NCBI GenBank assembly: GCA_001244265.2 | Contig: CDLV01000004.1 | Coordinates: forward strand, 3,410,001 to 3,474,000 | Reading direction: 5' to 3' | Source of the DNA: Microbotryum violaceum | Taxonomy: Eukaryota | Length of the DNA: 64,000 bases | Part shown: in pieces, positions 57,331-64,000 of the stretch | Numbering within the stretch: the first letter of the stretch is position 1 | Layout: the number at the start of each line of letters is the position of its first letter | Made by a program: the position numbers and the translations under genes | The notes under the pieces: model-generated | The model's input: only the letters and a program-made list of their open reading frames with translations | What the model was told of the DNA's origin: nothing | The model's database searches: none

Positions 57331-57767
57331 TGTTAGAAGTGGGGTCTGAGAGCCTAACTCATTGCTATTAGTCTTGGTTAATACTTTATTCTGTGCGCGC
57401 GCCTATCTTTGTCTTTGCGTCTTTTTTCCTTCTGTGTTTCTTCTCCACGCTATTCTCATCATCTCACTCGTGTATCTCGGAGCTGAGTCGTGGAGTACCT
57501 CTTAGTCCTTGTTGCAACAGGTTATGAGCTCAATAGGCGAATCCGACTTCCCCAACAGGTTGGGCAATCGCTTGTATCTCAAGGACACACAAGGGTACAA
57601 GAGCTGGTCACAACGTGCGTTTATCAATCTTTGAGCCGACAAAGTATGGGATGTTGTCGATCAATCCATCGACTCCCTTCTCGCGGACTATCGGTCCACG
57701 CTCGTTATCTCACATGCAACTGCGTCCGTCGCGCCAGTTGAACCAGCCTCCTCCGGCTTTAGCGGGC

Positions 57768-57816
<49 letters not shown>

Positions 57817-60800
57817 CTCTGGTTCTGCGCACTCGGACACCTTGCCCAGGCTCACCAGCGTTCAAGTTGCGGACAAGGTCGCGGAATATTGCGAACGGGC
57901 CATCCGCCGCAACGATTTGGCATGCAATTACATCGCCAATTCGATCTCTGAGGAACAGATGTCTCACTTGATTCATCTTACCTCGGTGTACGAGATGTGG
58001 GACACCCTCCGTGGTCTCCACTCTCACAGTCGCCCGAGTCGCACTATGGACCTCCTCAACACTCTAGCGCAACCTTACTCTGGGGATATTCCTTTTAAGA
58101 AATTCGTCAACAAGGTCAAGATCGCCATGTCCGATTTTCAAAACCTCGGAGCTCCGCTTCCGCATTGGCTGTTTGCAGGCATGCTCGTTCGGTCGCTCCC
58201 AGCCCAGTATGACTCAATCATTGGGAACCTTGCCTCCGACATCGACATCCACATGGATTGGAACACGTTCTATCCGAAACTCCTGATGAACGTCGAAATG
58301 GCTGATACCCAAAACAAACAAAAGGAATCGTTATCCGCTCAGATCGTTGACGATACTAGCCTCGTCGCCCGTATTTCCACCACAGCGCAGAAGGACTACT
58401 CCAAGTCGTATTGTTCGCGCTGCAAAGCACTGGGACACGAGCGTGGTTGGCGTCTCTGTCCAAGCAGGAACAAGGATGCGAGCGCTCCCGCTTCCTCGGA
58501 CTCAAATTCGAACGTAGCTGCCATTGGTGTAGATGAATCTGCATTGATGACCTACACTTTCCCCTATTCGCGAACGGTGCCACGTTTTCCATGGATCATT
58601 GACTCGGGTGCTAAGGTCCATTGCGTTGGAGACAGGTCGGTCCTATCGGACATTGTCTCTGAGCCTCTCAAAATTTCTGTCGCCGATCAATCTCAAATCG
58701 AATCTCCCGGTCATGGCTCAGTGACGTTTCTTACCTCATATGGCGCTCGTATCACCATTAAGAGGGTCTACTACATGCCCGGTGCTCAATGCGGTTTTAT
58801 CTCCATCGACCGTCTGTTGGAATCGATGACGTACGCTGTTGGTCCCCAAAGCAATCTCATTTTCAGCATCCGCGGCAAGTCGATTCTGCGCTCGCTTCCT
58901 GGTCGGGGGTTTGTCATGGATGCAGCTCCCATTCAGCCTATCGTGTCATCTCACCGCCTTCAATGGCGTCACATCACATTCCTTGAGACTCCTTCCGTCG
59001 TCACTTCGTCTCAAGATTGTGCGGACACTTCTGATCCCGTTCATCATTCTCAACCTCCTCATCCTCCGCCAGATGTGTTGCCGTCTACACCAACTTCACC
59101 TGTTGTGGATCCAACTTTGCCGGATCCACAGCCTCCTCCGGTGGTTCCAATTGGAGTTGGTCAACAGGGGGGATATCTTGCAGTCGTTCCTCGTAAGGAT
59201 GACGACAATGACAACAACGATGGACCTGATAACTATCATGATGCAGAAGAACCACTCGACGGTGAGGCGGAAGTCGCTCTCGCTTCTTGTGAAGGTTACG
59301 CCATTGTTCGCACTGGTCCAAATCCTGGCCAATTCAAGAATGTTGATCCTTCCAACATCCTTCCTGCTGGTTCTCGTCGTCGACCTCAACCTCCGGAAAA
59401 TATACTTCCCATCATTTCGGCTATCATGGTCGATGTCTTGGATACTCCACCCATGTTCCATGACAAGCTTTCCTACAATGCCTACTGTGCTGCCGTGTTC
59501 GCCGAAGAAGACATCGAGATACCCAAGACATTCGAGGAAGCCATGAAGTCACCCTATCGCAACCATTGGAGTGCGGCAATGGTCTCAGAACTTCTACAAT
59601 TCGATCATCATGGAGTCTTTCAGGAAGTCAAGTGGCACGAAGGATTTCGGGTATGTTCTTGATTGCTCTGGCTGCTGCTCAGGGCCTGTATCTCGAACAG
59701 TTCAATTTTGACTGCGCCTTTCTTAACGGCAAGATGACCGAGGATGTCTATGTTCGATACCCAAAAGGATGGATTTGTCCTCAATCCCCTGGCAAGTGCC
59801 TCAAGCTCGTGGGTTCCATGTATGGCACCAAACAGGCGTCCCGTGAATGGTATTGAGCCATCAATGATCTCATGATGTCTCAAGGCTACATGAGGGCAAC
59901 TGCTGATGCTTGCCTCTACATCAAACATTCGGGCACTTTGTTTGCTATCATCACTCTCTATGTTGACGACGGTCTCATCACGTCCAACAATCAGTCCTTC
60001 TTGGACTCCGCTCGGATCGCTTTACAAGGCCTTCCAGCTCAAGCGTGTCGGACCCGTCTCCTACTTCCTGGGCTTCGAAATTCATCGCATCAAAGATTAC
60101 ATCCTCGTTCACCAAAGCAAGTATGTCCGCACTATGCTCGAGAAGTTCGATTTCGCTTCTCCATCCAAGCGCCGTGCAGTCACGCCCATGGACGATCACC
60201 CCTCGCTTCGAATCGATGCTACTCCGTTTGCCGATGTGTCATTGTACCAATCGGCTGTGGGTTCCCTGCAGTACGCGTCCACTTGATTTTGACCCGATAT
60301 TGCGATTGCTGTTCGTGCCGTTGCTCAAAAGAACTCCTGTCCAACTGTCAATGATTGGGCTGCGGTCAAGCGTATATTTCGCTACCTCAACAGCACCATC
60401 GATTTGGGAATTCTTTATCGAAACAGTTCCACAACTCGATTGATGGTCTACTCCGATGCCTTGTTTGCGGATGACCCGGAATCTTGCAGATCGGTGGGAG
60501 CCTATGCATCAATGTTCGCTGGCGGCGTTATCTCCTGGCAGTCGAAGCAACAATCTATGATCGCTACATCCACTACCGAAGCCGAAATCCTCTCTGCATC
60601 CTCAGCCACTTGTGAAGCAATCTGGCTCCGTTGTTTGACTGGTGATGTCGGCATTCCACAAGCACAGCCTACTATCATTCAAGAGGACAACGCCGCATGC
60701 ATCCAAATCGCCAAGGATCCGGTCGATCACATGCGAACCAAGCACTTCGACATTGCTCATTTGTTCGTTTGAGACCGGGTTGCTTCTGGCAAGGTCGAAC

Positions 60801-61112
60801 TTGAATACTGCCCTACCCACGTCAATGCCGCGGATATTATGACGAAGCCTTTGGGACTTCAACGCTTTGATCAACTTTGTGCGCTACTTGGAATGGTCTC
60901 GTTAGTCTCTTTGACCGGTGGGAGTGTTAGAAGTGGGGTCTGAGAGCCTAACTCATTGCTATTAGTCTTGGTCAATACTTTATTCTGCGCGCGCGCCTAT
61001 CTTTGTCTTTGCGTCTTTTTCCTTCTGGGTTCCTTCTCCACGCTATTCTCATCATCTCACTCGTGTATCTCGGAGCTGAGTCGTGGAGTACCTCTTAGTC
61101 CTTGTTGCAACA
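57331..61112 (+). mobile_element. Ty1/Copia element G, internally deleted and degraded
   Basis: LTRs 57331-57519 and 60925-61112 (about 4 substitutions and 1 indel). TSD ATGTT. PBS GGTTATGAGCTC at 57520-57531. WIIDSGA, LYVDD, STTEAE and ADIMTK present; integrase core absent; several stops. Confidence 0.96.
57770..57816 (+). repeat. 47-nt poly(G) run in the gag of Copia G
   Basis: Direct count. Confidence 0.9.
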
Positions 61113-61117
61113 ATGTT

Positions 61118-63900
61118 CCGCATCTCCGCCGAATTCATGCCAGACTTGACGGGTTTGACTTGCTTCTCATCCCCCTTTGATGTAACCCATCATCGTCTCC
61201 GTTCCGCAAGCCAAGTACTCGCGAAGCGGCCCCACTCTCTTCATAACTTCGGGAACGTGCATAAGACCATGATTCGTGGCGGGGAACAGATGAAAGAACT
61301 CGGGATCTTGATCATAGAAAAGCTTCTCGCGCAGCAGCAGCGTCTGTTCAATGAGAACATAGAGGTAGGTGTACGTGATGGGAACCTCGCCCTTTTCATC
61401 GAGCTCGCACAGAAGAAGTTGTTCGAGCCGGTCGACGCCCGGTAGGCCATCGAAAAAGTCAACGGAGTCGTCAATGAAGACATCGGTCTTCATCGCCGCA
61501 AACATTCGGATGGTGAGCGCCGTCAGTTGCTCAAACTCGGGTTCCTTGAATTGCTGGTACAAAAGCGGTCCCAGGTCATGCAAGATGAAAAGTTCCCGTT
61601 CGAGTGCTTTCCATTTTTTTCTTTTCTTGGCTAAGGGCCTGACAATCACACCCTCCACTCTCGCAAGGTACGGCCAAGACAACAGCTGCGCACGAGTCAT
61701 GCGAACAATTGCGTCGGAGGACAACGTCATGGAGTGCCTGCGTGCCTTCGAGTCCAAGTCGCCGACGAGGATATTGATGAAAGTGATGCCACTGTTGATA
61801 CCAATCAGATGCATATAATCCAATGGTAGGAACGTGGAGTAAGCATCCTTGAACAGGTCAAGCGCCTCGATCGGAGCTTCGCCTGATATCCCCATATGAC
61901 GCCGCAGCGATTTGAGCTTGGTCGGGTGTCGTTTCATTGCTTTAACCACCCGACGGTAGTGCTTGTAGTTGCGCTCGTTATCCAGTCGAAAGTCCCGTCC
62001 ACCAGAGGTTTGGAATGTTGTGGCGGTGTCGACAAGCCCAGCCCACTCGGGATGGTCGAGCACCGATACGATCATTCCCTCGTCGTTTTCGAACACTTTC
62101 GCATGAGGAACACAGAACGGCAGATAGCCTTTGGTGTTTCCAGGTGCGTAATGAGGTATGCTGATGATCGAGCAGATCAAGCACGAAGCGAGGCCTCTTG
62201 CTCCCACAAGGTTTCCAAGGGCTGCTTGCTCCAGCATGTCGGCTATGCAAGCCACAATCCTGTCTCTGCAAAGCACGTGCCTGTCCCGAGCGGCTGAAAA
62301 GGATGTACGCTCCCCTTCGAAAATGTGAAGCTGCTGACAGAATGTTTCGAGGAATGACTGCTCGTCTTTGGGTTTCTGAGGGCCGTTCACGGAGATGACA
62401 AAGTGCGATGATAGCTTCCAACGAAGTTCGGGGGGCAGGGTCCTGGGTATCACCCCAGAGATGTGGGTGTTGACCTTGCGATTGGCGTTGGAGTGCGCGA
62501 GCACTTCGATTCCATCGGAGAAGGTTGCAAGAGGGATGTCATCCGGCTTGAGATCGCCGTTTGCGTAAAGCGTCCGTGCGTGTAAGCCGTCAACCCATCG
62601 CCTCAGGACCGGGTAAGAGCCCGAAGAGCCCGAGCCACCTGACGCCTTGTGCAAGTCGACAACCTCGTCGCTCGGCTTGGCATTGGCAAGGGTAGGACCA
62701 ATTACTGGGTGTGCACGAAGCGCTTCAACAAAAGGGGCGGGGTCATAAAGACGCTGCGTTGACCGTTCAATCTTCTTGCCATTCTTCCCAGTGTGAAACA
62801 GTTCTCGCGGCACCCGGGCGTTGGACACTCCTCAAGATCTTCGAGCCGTTTGGCGCCATAGGACACGCAACCTTTGGGGCACTTCCCGATCTCCACAGTT
62901 CTGAAGCCGGTGAGATGTCGTATCGTTCGGACCATTTTGTACTCGGACATGTCGCTGAGGTCGGCGTTGTGGAAGGCGTAGGTGTGCAGCAATGTGAGGA
63001 GGTCAGTCCAAGCGTCCCTCGAAAGCGAATGGTCCCGCTTGAACATGTAGAGTTGTAGCTTTGCAAGGTCATGGGGTGGAAGTGTTCGACGAAGTCCTGT
63101 ATGAGGTACTTACTGCCTCAGCCCTCGTGTTCGTGTCAAATATGACCACTTGAAGCACAGCAAGACTTTGAGTCACCTTCGGCACCAAGCTCGGCGAGAT
63201 GAGCCTCAAGCGCGGCAATCTCATCTTCAGTGGGCTCGGGCTCTTCTGCCTCCCCTTGGACATCCTCTTCCTCTCTCGCGCCTCTCAGAACGTTCTCATC
63301 GCTTTGCGCTCCACCCGTATGAGAGTCCGTATCGCTGGTATCTCTGTCACTATCATGTTCCTCCTGCGTTTCCGAGCCCAATTCGAGTTTGAGATTGTCG
63401 AGCTCCTTCGGACCGCGCATCTCCTCTTCGTCTACGACCATCTCTTCTCCCTCTTCATCTGCGGCTTCATTGAGGTTTCCTTGGAGATTGTCTCCGTCGC
63501 CGTTTTCGTCCGCCTCTCCGCCGAATCCTTAAAACTATATAATAAAAAACGTCGTCGAGACAAAGAACATTCTAGAACGAGACAAACCACGTGGCGCGAC
63601 GTCATGGCGCGCGAAGCGCCGCCACCGCACTAGTTCTCGATTCATATCATCGGCGTTGTCGTCATCGACCGCCATTGGGATCGCGTGACCGACTGCTGCC
63701 AGCAAAAGACGTCCCGAAGGTCAGAATGGAGATTGGCCAAGATGAGTGAAGTTGTTGACGGACCTGGTGTAGCACCCTTTCGCTTCCAGCACTTGGCTAG
63801 TTCTTTCGCGCCTGCGCCTGGCGCCGCGCTCGGACCTCTTTGAACTTGGACTTAGAATACCCGAGCTGCGACTAGCGCAGCCGTCTCTCTCTCTCTTTCC
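61118..63900 (-). mobile_element. CACTA/En-Spm-type transposase 2 (main part; upstream limit approximate)
   Basis: 'KCPKGCVSY..ECPTPGC', 'FSDG', 'LPPELRW', 'GPQKPKD.QSFL', 'ADM..GARG.ASCLIC', 'PLDYMHL', 'HGLMHVP..VGPL' and 'ETMMGYIK'. Acidic N-terminal region. Confidence 0.88.
63526..63633 (+). mobile_element. 108-bp non-autonomous mini-Helitron
   Basis: Inserted between A63525 and T63634. Starts TCCTTAAAACTATATAATAAAAAA; hairpin GGCGCGCGAAGCGCC at 63606-63620; ends CTAG. Removing it restores the host frame 'DDMNREFGGEADENG'. Confidence 0.88.
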
Positions 63901-64000
63901 TTAACGTTCCCAATCCTTTTCTATTCAGCATCATTGTTTGCTCACTGCGCTGCTCCTCATAGGTTAATGTAATGCATCATGAAAGTTTCCAATCCTATTA

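Noticed and set aside
57615-58027. Poly-Gly or poly-Pro protein ORFs
   Set aside because: They arise only from translating the 47-nt G run.

Overview
Eukaryotic (fungal) DNA; a basidiomycete is inferred from the intron style, the NHX1 C-terminus and the transposon families. There is one intact host gene (NHX1-type Na+/H+ exchanger, minus strand, 9892-13118) and one split MFS transporter pseudogene. The rest is a nested transposon island. It holds five Ty3/Gypsy copies from three families (A/C/D, B, E; chromodomain integrases seen in B, C and D) and two Ty1/Copia elements (F with identical LTRs; G internally deleted). It also holds two CACTA-type transposase genes each interrupted by a Copia, a hAT relic, a Helitron 3' part, a 108-bp mini-Helitron, solo LTRs, a 4.3-kb inverted-repeat element and a possible KDZ relic. 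No rRNA, tRNA or CRISPR array was seen. The most interesting pattern is an apparent splicing switch in the single-ORF retrotransposons. A conserved splice donor at the end of gag (Gypsy) or gag-protease (Copia) could join a branch-point/AG acceptor inside the 3' LTR, and the next LTR bases supply an in-frame stop. One LTR has lost exactly the 58-nt GT..AG segment. Gypsy copies A-D also carry an oligo(T) tract where a tRNA primer-binding site is expected. Caveats: many frameshifts are 1-nt homopolymer deletions that look like assembly errors, and all coordinates were read by hand.
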